Source: a virus. Taken from it: a stretch of DNA of 64,000 bases. Where the stretch lies: IMG/VR virus record IMGVR_UViG_3300031746_000001; one strand, written 5' to 3'. The notes below the pieces were generated by a model, which had not been told where the DNA came from, did not search any database, and saw only the letters and a program-made list of their open reading frames with translations. Position 1 is the first letter of the stretch, and the number at the start of each line of letters is the position of its first letter. Below, one piece after another: positions 8,065-16,514 of this stretch. A program made the position numbers and the translations under genes.

Positions 8065-9618
8065 CTACCTGCTGGCGCCAGCACATCGCTTCACCCGGCC
8101 ATTCGCGTAAATCACTTCGACCTGATTGAACAGCGGGGCATCGTCCCGCACCCTCTTCAGGCTCATCTGGATATACTCATCCGAGACGTCTATCCCGATG
8201 GCATCCCTCCCGAGACGCTGGGCCTCGAAGCAGGCTGTCCCCGATCCCACGAATGGATCCAGGACGACTGCCGGAATGGGCTCCCCGGCGTTGCACTTGC
8301 ACGTCGGTCGCCATCCGAGATGTTCGATCTCCACGTAACGCATAGCATTCCCCGTCTCGCCTTTGAGCTCTCCGTATTTCCCCTTGTATCTTGACGGACG
8401 GAACCGTGGATCTGTTCGGTCGAGCTCGTGACGCTCGAGGCTCTTCCGGTTCACGACCCGGGCCCACTGGGATCCGCACTTCCTGCAGACGCCCCGGAAG
8501 CTCGTCGACACGTTCACCATGACCTCCACGAGGGCCGGAGGGAAGGTGGCGAAGTGGGCGCCTTTGAATCCCGTCGTGTTGATCGTCCAGACCGTCCTGC
8601 GGTTTCGGGTCTCCCTGGTTTCCATCGGAACGTATTCTTCAAGCCTGGACCGTGCTGAGATGTGCTTCGGTCCGATCCCCGGCCACTCCGAGGTGACGGC
8701 CTCTTCCCTGACAGCATCCCCGTCTCCGAAGTAACGCTCGCCCTTCGTAAACATAAAGACGTACTCGTGAGCCTTCGTCGGCCTCCACGCTCCCCTCCGA
8801 AGAACGAGGCCATCGTTCGGGAGGCACTCCGCACACCCGGGGCAGGGCTTATATTCAGCCCAGGGATTGTGGGACAGGCCCGGCCCGGCGTCTCCCGAAG
8901 TATTCCCGCTCTTGGTAGCCCACTCGGTAGACGCCTTCCGGAGATTCTTCACTTTCACCCTGTGCTTCTCCCAACGCCATCCGTCGATGCTCTCGGGCAT
9001 TACGTTCTCCTTCTTCCAGATGCAGTCGGATCGTAGCCACCAGCCGCTCATCTGGAAGGCCAGGGCGACCCTCCACGGCACGGCGCACATGTCCTTCATC
9101 TTGAGGCCGTCCCCTTTCCGGTTGTAGGGTCGGCAGTAGATGTCTCCTCCCTTTCCGTCTCGGAAATCTCCCCCTGGACCGCCGCTCCCCATGTAGGAGT
9201 CTCCGAGGTTAAGCCAGAATATCCCGTCGTCCCGCAAGACCCTCCGGATACCCTCCCCAATCACGCCCAGATGCTCCACGTAGAGCTCCAGGGTAGGCTC
9301 CATGCCAAGGACACCCCTCCACGCCCCGCAACGCCCACAGAAGCATCCTTGATCCCCTGTCTTCCTGAGCCCGTGCTGAGCGGCCTTCGTCCCGACCGCC
9401 ACACAGCTCCCTGGACCGTGCTGGCCGGACTTTCGCATGGGGTGAGGGATCGTAGCCCCCCACTTGTGTTTACAGTCCTTCTTACCTCCCCACACGGATG
9501 GGGGACTCTTATACGCCCGGAGTCCGTAGTAGGGCGGGCTGGTTATTACGGCGTGGACGCTCTTCTCCGGCAGAGAGGCCAGCACATCCCGGGCGTCTCC
9601 GATGTAAAGACTAACCAT
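8065..9618 (-). CDS. beta-class N4/N6 DNA methyltransferase with Cys-rich insertions
   Basis: TSPPY, WLNLGDSY, HFATFP and LDPFVGSGT; start moved to ATG 9618 after the tRNA. Confidence 0.9.
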   Translation of the reverse strand: MVSLYIGDARDVLASLPEKSVHAVITSPPYYGLRAYKSPPSVWGGKKDCKHKWGATIPHPMRKSGQHGPGSCVAVGTKAAQHGLRKTGDQGCFCGRCGAWRGVLGMEPTLELYVEHLGVIGEGIRRVLRDDGIFWLNLGDSYMGSGGPGGDFRDGKGGDIYCRPYNRKGDGLKMKDMCAVPWRVALAFQMSGWWLRSDCIWKKENVMPESIDGWRWEKHRVKVKNLRKASTEWATKSGNTSGDAGPGLSHNPWAEYKPCPGCAECLPNDGLVLRRGAWRPTKAHEYVFMFTKGERYFGDGDAVREEAVTSEWPGIGPKHISARSRLEEYVPMETRETRNRRTVWTINTTGFKGAHFATFPPALVEVMVNVSTSFRGVCRKCGSQWARVVNRKSLERHELDRTDPRFRPSRYKGKYGELKGETGNAMRYVEIEHLGWRPTCKCNAGEPIPAVVLDPFVGSGTACFEAQRLGRDAIGIDVSDEYIQMSLKRVRDDAPLFNQVEVIYANGRVKRCAGASR

Positions 9619-9620
9619 TG

Positions 9621-9696
9621 TCGGGGCGATGGGATTTGAACCCATGATCGCCTGCTTGAAGGGCAGGTGTGTTAGGCCGGACTACACCACGCCCCG
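9621..9696 (-). tRNA. tRNA-Glu(TTC), C33
   Basis: CCTGC-CCTTCAA-GCAGG; Asp/Glu-type D-arm; ends ACAA. Confidence 0.82.
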
Positions 9697-9959
9697 ATCT
9701 GCGATATCCGTTCTTCCGAAGCATAAATTCAATGCCGTCCAGGATTCGGCCCAACAGCTCTTCCCGACGAGGCTGTTTCGTTCTCTTCCTCATGGACGTG
9801 ATCACCATCGCCATTATCCTGTCCCACGTCTTCCACGTTCTGAGGATCCCGCCTCGGTGAAGGTTATCCCCGAGCGTTTCCAGCATCCGATCCCTCACCT
9901 TACAATTCGGCCTCATCATGTAGAGAACCTGGACCCTGGCGCACATCAGTGAAGTCACC

Positions 9960-10790
9960 TTAGAAGAAGAACAGTGCCCTGGACTTTTGCGTATGGTCTT
10001 CTGCAATCTTCGCATAGCTCGGTTTCAATTCAATGCCCACCGAATGACGGTTGAGCTTGATCGACGCATCAAGCGTCGTCCCAACCCCCACAAACGGATC
10101 CAGAACCCAGTCCCACTCGTCCGTGAACAGCGTGATAAACCACTCCGGAAGCACCTGCGGGAATGCGGCACTGTGAATCCGGTTCTGTGTCTCTGTCGGC
10201 AAGGTTAAAACGTTCGTTGGGTAGACCTTCGTCCGGCCAACCCAGTTTGCGATCTTGGACCCGAAGCCGCTCTGAGTCTTGTTCGTCCTCCGGATGTAGT
10301 CATCCCCCCACATCTTCCGTGCCCGGGTGACCGTCCTCTCACTGGCCGGAATCATCACCCGATCCTGGAACATCTTGAACTTGGGCGTCTTGTTAAACTG
10401 CAGAAGCCGCTCCCAGGCGTCCCGGAATCGGTTCGGCCACTTCCCCGGATAACAGCAAACCTTGTTCCAGATGAACTCCTCCGTCCACAACCAACCCTGA
10501 TCCACCAACGCCAGAATCAACTCGAGGACGTAAGTAAGCCGCTGTCCGTTCTCCGCACTCTCCTTGATATTCAGGATGAACGTCCCGGTCGGCTTCAGGG
10601 TCCGTAGGAACTGCTCACTGCGGGGGAGAAACCATTCCACATACTTCTCCGGAGGGACACCCTGATACGTTTTCTTCCGGCGATCCGAGTAAGGCGGGGA
10701 AGTAATTATTAAATCGAAACAATTCTCGGGATATTTAACGAGAACATCCAAACAATCCCCCACCTCGACGCTCGATTTTAATTCTCTCAT
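9960..10790 (-). CDS. beta-class N4/N6 DNA methyltransferase
   Basis: TSPPY, HSAAFP and LDPFVGVGTT. Confidence 0.92.
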   Translation of the reverse strand: MRELKSSVEVGDCLDVLVKYPENCFDLIITSPPYSDRRKKTYQGVPPEKYVEWFLPRSEQFLRTLKPTGTFILNIKESAENGQRLTYVLELILALVDQGWLWTEEFIWNKVCCYPGKWPNRFRDAWERLLQFNKTPKFKMFQDRVMIPASERTVTRARKMWGDDYIRRTNKTQSGFGSKIANWVGRTKVYPTNVLTLPTETQNRIHSAAFPQVLPEWFITLFTDEWDWVLDPFVGVGTTLDASIKLNRHSVGIELKPSYAKIAEDHTQKSRALFFF

Positions 10791-10851
10791 AGACTTGCTA
10801 TTGGTAAATCACTTTATGGTATACTTATATACACACTCAAGCGGAGGTCTC

Positions 10852-11517
10852 ATGAACACACTCCTAATATCTTACCTGGCCGGAGCGATGGACTCTGATG
10901 GCTGGTTTATGATACACCACTACCATCATAATCCAAAGTGGAATGACATTTATACTGAACGCATTGGGCTCAAACAAGTAACCCCTCAAATCCCGAATCT
11001 TCTTCTTCAAAACTTCGGAGGCTATATCTACAAGGTAAAACCATCCACGCCCAACGGGAAAATGCTCTATTCATTTGATTGCCGTGGAGCCCTGGCGGTT
11101 AAAGCCTGCGAAGCCCTCCTCCCACATCTCGTCATAAAAAGGAGACAAGCAGAGTTAATCATCGAATTCAGCAAAACCCGAGAAAATAACTGTCAGACCA
11201 TATCTCAGTGGTTTCAAAGAGAGTTCCCAAACTGGCAAACCATGAAGCTCATCACCACTAAAGAAGCCCAGAAAATACTCGGATATGAAAACCCAAACAG
11301 CATATACCAGGCCATCTACACGGGGACCCTTCTCTCGATTCCACACAATAGATCGGGAAGAAAATCCATTCCCTGCATTCCTATGTCTCTCGTCGAGCGC
11401 CTCTCAAAATTAAATTTCCCCACTAACCGCAGAAAAACCCTTCCCCCGGAACTTGTCGCCTGGCGTGAACGTCTACACAGAGAAGTTAAAAATCTCAACA
11501 AAGTCGGTCTCGTATAG
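10852..11517 (+). CDS. free-standing LAGLIDADG endonuclease
   Basis: YLAGAMDSDG and LLPHLVIKRRQA; GGAGG SD before ATG 10852; AT-rich. Confidence 0.85.
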   Translation: MNTLLISYLAGAMDSDGWFMIHHYHHNPKWNDIYTERIGLKQVTPQIPNLLLQNFGGYIYKVKPSTPNGKMLYSFDCRGALAVKACEALLPHLVIKRRQAELIIEFSKTRENNCQTISQWFQREFPNWQTMKLITTKEAQKILGYENPNSIYQAIYTGTLLSIPHNRSGRKSIPCIPMSLVERLSKLNFPTNRRKTLPPELVAWRERLHREVKNLNKVGLV

Positions 11518-11621
11518 TAGGGAGGCGACGTCATAATGAGATCGAATTTATCAGCCTCGTGGCTCCGGAGAACCTCGAGGCAGTCACCTTCGTAAACCTT
11601 CGAGATTAACTCCCTACTCAA
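11518..11621 (-). pseudogene. orphaned original N-terminus of the 9960-10790 methyltransferase
   Basis: MSRELISKVYEGDCLEVLRSHEADKFDLIMTSPPY versus MRELKSSVEVGDCLDVLVKYPENCFDLIITSPPY. Confidence 0.85.
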
Positions 11622-12468
11622 ACTTGGGCTCCTTGAGGAAACTTCCCTGCGGCTTGGTTCTCAAGAAGCAGGTCTCCCCCCGTTCAAGATGATCAAATAG
11701 ACCCTCTTGTAGGACCATCCCGTCCCGGACCAGCCTGTTCTTGGTGACCTCGCAGTATTTCCCGTCCTTGTCGTAGCCGATTCCCATCCGGCGATCGAGA
11801 GCACAGGCCACCAGGGTTGTTCCCGACCCGACGAAAGGATCCAGCACAGTGTCCCCGACGTAGCTCAGAAGGCGCATACACCTTCGGGGGAGCTCGACGG
11901 GGAAGGGCGCCGGGTGACCAGCCACTGCGGGATCCTCCCCTCCGATGTTCCAGATCCCGATCGTCCATTCAATGAACTCCTCCCGGGTGATATTCGACTC
12001 CCCCGCTTTGTCCTTCGCCCAGTTCTTCTTGTAGAGGACGACGATGGCCTCCGCAGGTTGAAGGATGTGCGGGGCACTCGCTGACATCCACGATCCCCAG
12101 GCTGTCCGGCTTGGAACTGCCTGCTTATTCCACACGACGGTCGAGTGATACAGCCAACCGACCTTCTGGGCGAGCCAAGTGAAGTCGGCCAGCGTCCCCC
12201 GATGCCCCCACTTGTGCGTATTGAACGGCACGTTCAAACAGAACCGGCAATCGTCCTTCCCGAGCTTGAAACATTTCGCCATCCAGGTCTCGCTGAACTT
12301 GAGAAACTCCTCGTAGGGGAGATTGTCCTCGTGGCCGGAGTAGTTAATCCCGACGTTATACGGCGGTGACGTAACTATCAGATCGACCGACCCTGCAGGA
12401 ACGTCCTTCGCCTTAAGGAAGTCCCCGTGATAAACCTTCTGATCCCTGGCTGTGAAATAAAGGCTCAT
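11614..12468 (-). CDS. beta-class N4/N6 DNA methyltransferase
   Basis: TSPPYNVG, HPAPFP and LDPFVGSGTT. Confidence 0.92.
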   Translation of the reverse strand: MSLYFTARDQKVYHGDFLKAKDVPAGSVDLIVTSPPYNVGINYSGHEDNLPYEEFLKFSETWMAKCFKLGKDDCRFCLNVPFNTHKWGHRGTLADFTWLAQKVGWLYHSTVVWNKQAVPSRTAWGSWMSASAPHILQPAEAIVVLYKKNWAKDKAGESNITREEFIEWTIGIWNIGGEDPAVAGHPAPFPVELPRRCMRLLSYVGDTVLDPFVGSGTTLVACALDRRMGIGYDKDGKYCEVTKNRLVRDGMVLQEGLFDHLERGETCFLRTKPQGSFLKEPKFE

Positions 12469-12477
12469 GACAGAAGT

Positions 12478-12506
12478 ATTATAGCGGATTCCAAAGTAAT
12501 TGTCAA
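12478..12506 (-). promoter_or_regulatory. sigma70 promoter (near-leaderless transcript)
   Basis: TTGACA-17-TATAAT, 9 nt before ATG; 33 bp identical to 43708-43740. Confidence 0.85.
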
Positions 12507-12510
12507 GAGG

Positions 12511-12633
12511 TTAGGCGCCACCCCAAGATTTTGGCTTCCCGGTATCCCCAATTACCCAACCGTGCTCCCGGTAATATTCAGATCTTCGGATAGCGTCTTT
12601 CCTGTAAACGGGCATTCGCCAGTCGACGAAGTC
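12511..12633 (-). pseudogene. orphaned original C-terminus of the SF2 helicase
   Basis: DFVDWRMPVYRKDAIRRSEYYREHGWVIGDTGKPKSWGGA* versus DFCDWRMPVFRKDAIRRMSYYREHGWVVGDTNKPKSFGGESC*. Confidence 0.9.
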
Positions 12634-13216
12634 ACGTCTTTTTCTTGTGGGGGCAATACCCATATTGATCTATAGCTAAATGACAATTCATACACTCCAC
12701 AACAAGCCGGGGAACCTTGGGGAACCTTCTCTTCTTCAGCCACCTATAAAATGCTCCACCCCGAGACCAAGAACCGATTTTCTTCCTGTGCTTGGCCCCA
12801 CCTCCATCCACGTGATGAAGAGTCAAAAATTCTAACCGGGCCTCCCCACAACAAATGCATTTTCCGCCATAGGCGTTAAGAGTTTCCCGCTTAACTTCTC
12901 GCTTCCGCTGGTTCCGAATTTCAGCGAGCCTCTCCTTATTGTCTTTCCTATACTTTACATTCCCGAGATAGTGCGACCTCTTTTGGGCGGGTGTAAAGTC
13001 TTGGTAGCGTTTCCGACCCCTTAAGCGTCTAAGCCGGAGATGTCTAGCGCACACCAGATGCCCCTCAACCACTTTTTCCCTACCATCATCTATGCATAAT
13101 CCTTTCTCCTTAAGAATCTTTATATAACTTCTATGTTTTCTCAAATATTCCCTCCTTCTCTTAAGGGATAATCCCTTCCACCATTCAAGTCCTCTCGACG
13201 GTTTATCACTTAACAT
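12632..13216 (-). CDS. free-standing HNH endonuclease
   Basis: YGGKCICCGE...LTLHH..GGG..HR...CMNCH...CPH. Confidence 0.85.
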   Translation of the reverse strand: MLSDKPSRGLEWWKGLSLKRRREYLRKHRSYIKILKEKGLCIDDGREKVVEGHLVCARHLRLRRLRGRKRYQDFTPAQKRSHYLGNVKYRKDNKERLAEIRNQRKREVKRETLNAYGGKCICCGEARLEFLTLHHVDGGGAKHRKKIGSWSRGGAFYRWLKKRRFPKVPRLVVECMNCHLAIDQYGYCPHKKKT

Positions 13217-14667
13217 GATTCACCCCCAAAAGATTTAGGTTTATTAGTATCTCCCACAACCCATCCATGTTCCCTATAATAACTCATACGCCGAATAGCA
13301 TCTTTCCTAAAGACAGGCATTCTCCAATCACAAAAATCCACTACTATTGGCGTGTGGTGATCATCCAAAACTTTCTCCGGCATCTCCCGAAGGATACGCC
13401 CGATGCTCTGGTCGATTCCGATCTTGGGCGTGGCGAAGAAAAGGGTATCGAGCCGGGGGACATCCCCTCCGACTGAAAAGTATTGGAACGTCGCCAGGAT
13501 TATCCGACAGAGGGAGGACTTCTCAATCTCATCGATCTTCATCCCCCCGATCATAACGCCGACCTCCGAAGTCTCACTCCCCCTAAGCAAAAGGGCTTGC
13601 TTCAAAAGCTCCATCAGAATCTTAATCTGCTCTAGCCGCTCGGTTAGGACGAGGATATTTCTATCCTTCTCGTAAGCCTCCATGATCTTCCGAACGATCA
13701 AATTACTCCTCTCCCCATCCCGGACGAGCGGCTTAAGAAGGGTATCCCTGGACATCCTGTCGGGGTCAAAGCCCGACGACCTAAAAATCTCGAAGTCCGT
13801 AAAGACACGCAGGATTTTAGGTTGCAAGGCTTCGGCATCCTGCTCCTCCGACGTCCCGGCTATGATCTGCCCGATGTGGTAAAGAAAGACCTTCTCACAG
13901 TGATCGAACCGATCGAGGGTTGCCGTGAGCCCGATCCGGTATTTGCACTTGAACATCGGAGCGACTCTGGACCACTCCGGGGCCCCCAGGCGGTTTACCT
14001 CGTCCGTAATGACCGTCCCGAACTCCCAGTAGAAGAGAGGTGTGAATTTTCTCGAGTGCGATTCGAGAAGCGTCTGAAGCATGGCGACTGTGAAGTCCTT
14101 CTTGTTGTAATCAATATCCTTCCCCTGGATCTTGCCGATCTTCGCCCCGGGATACCACTCCTTGATCGCTCTCTCCCACTGTGCGGCCAGGAGATTCGTC
14201 TGCACGATAATCAGCGTCCTCATCCCAAGACGATAGGCCACCTCCAAGCCGAGAAGGGTCTTCCCGAACCCCTTCCGGCAACGGATGATTCCCCCAATCG
14301 TAAATGAGATATCTCCCTTCCCTTGAAGTCTGTCGAGAGCCGCCTGCACCACCGGCCCCTGCTCCTCCCTCATGCTTGGGGCAAACTTATTTACGATCCT
14401 CCGAGACAAGTTCCCCCCATCGGACACCTTCCATTCGATATCGTAGAGGGTCTTAGCCCTCTGCAAGAAGTAAGCCCGAGGAACGCCTAAGAACCCCCGA
14501 TCCTCCTTCCATAGGATGATCGGATGGTAGTCCTTAGCCGCAGGCTTGAACCGGGGAGAAACATGCGGGTAGATCGTCAGCTCGTTCTTGAGCCGGTGGA
14601 TAAGCAGTGGATCGAGCGTCTTGAGCTCGAGCCATGCCATATCGCTGATTATAACTTTTCGGGGCAT
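13210..14667 (-). CDS. superfamily 2 helicase (UvsW/ResIII-like)
   Basis: GFGKT, DEVN, TAT and QSIGRILR motifs. Confidence 0.9.
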   Translation of the reverse strand: MPRKVIISDMAWLELKTLDPLLIHRLKNELTIYPHVSPRFKPAAKDYHPIILWKEDRGFLGVPRAYFLQRAKTLYDIEWKVSDGGNLSRRIVNKFAPSMREEQGPVVQAALDRLQGKGDISFTIGGIIRCRKGFGKTLLGLEVAYRLGMRTLIIVQTNLLAAQWERAIKEWYPGAKIGKIQGKDIDYNKKDFTVAMLQTLLESHSRKFTPLFYWEFGTVITDEVNRLGAPEWSRVAPMFKCKYRIGLTATLDRFDHCEKVFLYHIGQIIAGTSEEQDAEALQPKILRVFTDFEIFRSSGFDPDRMSRDTLLKPLVRDGERSNLIVRKIMEAYEKDRNILVLTERLEQIKILMELLKQALLLRGSETSEVGVMIGGMKIDEIEKSSLCRIILATFQYFSVGGDVPRLDTLFFATPKIGIDQSIGRILREMPEKVLDDHHTPIVVDFCDWRMPVFRKDAIRRMSYYREHGWVVGDTNKPKSFGGESC

Positions 14668-14694
14668 GCGACCCTCGACAGACCTTCGGGTTGG

Positions 14695-15408
14695 TTAAAA
14701 CCGGACGGGTTGGTCCTGCGTGGTTTCCGGATGCGCCTCAGTCTCCGGAGGATCTTCGATCAACCGGGGTCCGCCCACTCGTGCGGCTACCCGGATAAGG
14801 GTATCCACAGGAAGCGGTCTGAAAATATCCTCGTAGTTATACGGCGTAGGCATGTTGCGCCGACCGTCGGCGTAGGGCGCCAGATCGGTCACCGTTCCCA
14901 CGAAGTCAAAGACGCTCCCAACCACGGACGACTTACCGGTCCCGGTGTCCACCCTCGTGACGCTGTAGAGGCAGTTCCTCAGCCCGTTCGTCCCCTTCTT
15001 CAGCCTTAAAAGCTCAAGGGGTTCCACGGAGGCCACGAAGAGCATCCGGACGTTCCGAACTAGCTCACCGGTATCCTTCGCTTTCCAAGCCTCGAGATCC
15101 ACGATCGTGAAGACCCCCTTATACCAGGGACTGCACTTCAAGGCCGGGTTGCAGAGCGGGCACTGTCCGTAGGTGTCTGCCCCGCAGGTGTAGTGTTGCC
15201 AATCTGGGGTAGCCGGAGACGCTCCCAGGTTGACGGAGTGTTCGTAGAAGCAGAACGGCTCATCGTCCAGGAAGAGAATCTTCTTGGTCACGTTCTGCGG
15301 ACGTCCGGCAGAGACGATACTTCTGTCTAACCGGATTCCGAACCGGAACACACGGGCTCGCCTCGACTCGTCGAGGCCTCCGAATCCTCGCTTATACCAC
15401 TCGCTCAT
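14695..15408 (-). CDS. putative Zn-binding single-stranded DNA-binding protein
   Basis: EH...C...CPLC; acidic tail ending in F; position between primase and helicase; start ATG 15408. Confidence 0.55.
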   Translation of the reverse strand: MSEWYKRGFGGLDESRRARVFRFGIRLDRSIVSAGRPQNVTKKILFLDDEPFCFYEHSVNLGASPATPDWQHYTCGADTYGQCPLCNPALKCSPWYKGVFTIVDLEAWKAKDTGELVRNVRMLFVASVEPLELLRLKKGTNGLRNCLYSVTRVDTGTGKSSVVGSVFDFVGTVTDLAPYADGRRNMPTPYNYEDIFRPLPVDTLIRVAARVGGPRLIEDPPETEAHPETTQDQPVRF

Positions 15409-16514
15409 GTCTTCTCCTCTGTTGGCGTTAAGGTTTGTTGCTCGCCCGCCTGTGCCGCCTGTGCTTTCGGCGCCGGGGGCTCCGTCTCCCATCCTCGGAA
15501 CTCTGCGTCGGTGATCAGCTTCTCAATCTCTTCTTTTGTGAATTGGTCTGGATCCCTCCCTTCTGGTGTTTTAATGGTGTAGACGGGAAAGTGCGGTTCA
15601 AATATCCGGACGAGCTTCTCCGTAGCCGTAGCGTTGGCCTGGACCGTATCCCCATCCAAAAATATGTAGGGGTTGAAGAATAACCTCTCCCCGAACAGCC
15701 TCATCTCCTCGAGCTTCGTTAACTGCTCCCTCGTGCATTCCTTACCGAAGAGCCCGATGGCATTGAAGCCTAGAGCCCGGAGACACATGACGTCAAAGGG
15801 CCCCTCCACGATGAACACGATGTTGAAGGGCTCCCGTTCGATGGGGCTTGAAGTGAACTCCTTCTCCCCATAGAACACGCTCCGCTTGAACCCCACGTTG
15901 AACCCGAACTCCTTACGATCGACCGACCGTCGCAGGATCCCGACGAGATTCCCTCCCCAGTCGTAGATCGGGAAGAGGGTCTTACGCTCCTTCGCATCGT
16001 AGCCGATGTTGTAGAGCTTCATGATCTCCTTCGGGATCCCCCGGGCGACCACGGATTTGTGGGCCTGCCCCGCACAGGACGCCACGTAGTCCTCTGCTGA
16101 CTTTCCTAGAGGCCTGGGAAACACGACTCCATCTGTTGGCACGGGGCTAAAGACGCCCCGCATGGGATCGAACTTCTCGTCTCCGTCCGGAACCCTGCCC
16201 ATTATGTTCTCCTCCGTTGGCTTCACTTCCTTGTCGATCACGAACTGCCGGATGGGAAGCTTACTCCGATCAAAAACGGAGATATCGTGAGCCAAGAGCA
16301 TCAACGACCCCATCCTCCCACAGGAGTAGCACTTAAACGACGAATAACCGTCCTCCTGGACCTTGATTCCGAACGATGGATGAACATCCGTCCCCTTAGA
16401 ATGCGAGTACGGGGCGAACGGACAGGACGCCCTGATCCATCCCTTCGGGTTGGTCACCTCGATCCCCCGGCAATCCAACGTCCTGAGAAGTTCCATTACG
16501 TTTTCGTATTTCAT
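15405..16514 (-). CDS. DNA primase (Zn finger plus TOPRIM)
   Basis: CPF...H...HPSF...CYSC, VEGPFD and FLDGD. Confidence 0.9.
   Translation of the reverse strand: MKYENVMELLRTLDCRGIEVTNPKGWIRASCPFAPYSHSKGTDVHPSFGIKVQEDGYSSFKCYSCGRMGSLMLLAHDISVFDRSKLPIRQFVIDKEVKPTEENIMGRVPDGDEKFDPMRGVFSPVPTDGVVFPRPLGKSAEDYVASCAGQAHKSVVARGIPKEIMKLYNIGYDAKERKTLFPIYDWGGNLVGILRRSVDRKEFGFNVGFKRSVFYGEKEFTSSPIEREPFNIVFIVEGPFDVMCLRALGFNAIGLFGKECTREQLTKLEEMRLFGERLFFNPYIFLDGDTVQANATATEKLVRIFEPHFPVYTIKTPEGRDPDQFTKEEIEKLITDAEFRGWETEPPAPKAQAAQAGEQQTLTPTEEKT

Noticed and set aside
9621-9696. Possible TCA anticodon (selenocysteine or opal suppressor)
   Set aside because: The CCTGC/GCAGG stem centres the loop on TTC; there is no long variable arm; TGA is used as a normal stop throughout.
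9611-10015. 134-aa minus-strand ORF
   Set aside because: It overlaps the methyltransferase end and runs through tRNA-Glu; a shorter gene may exist but is unsupported.
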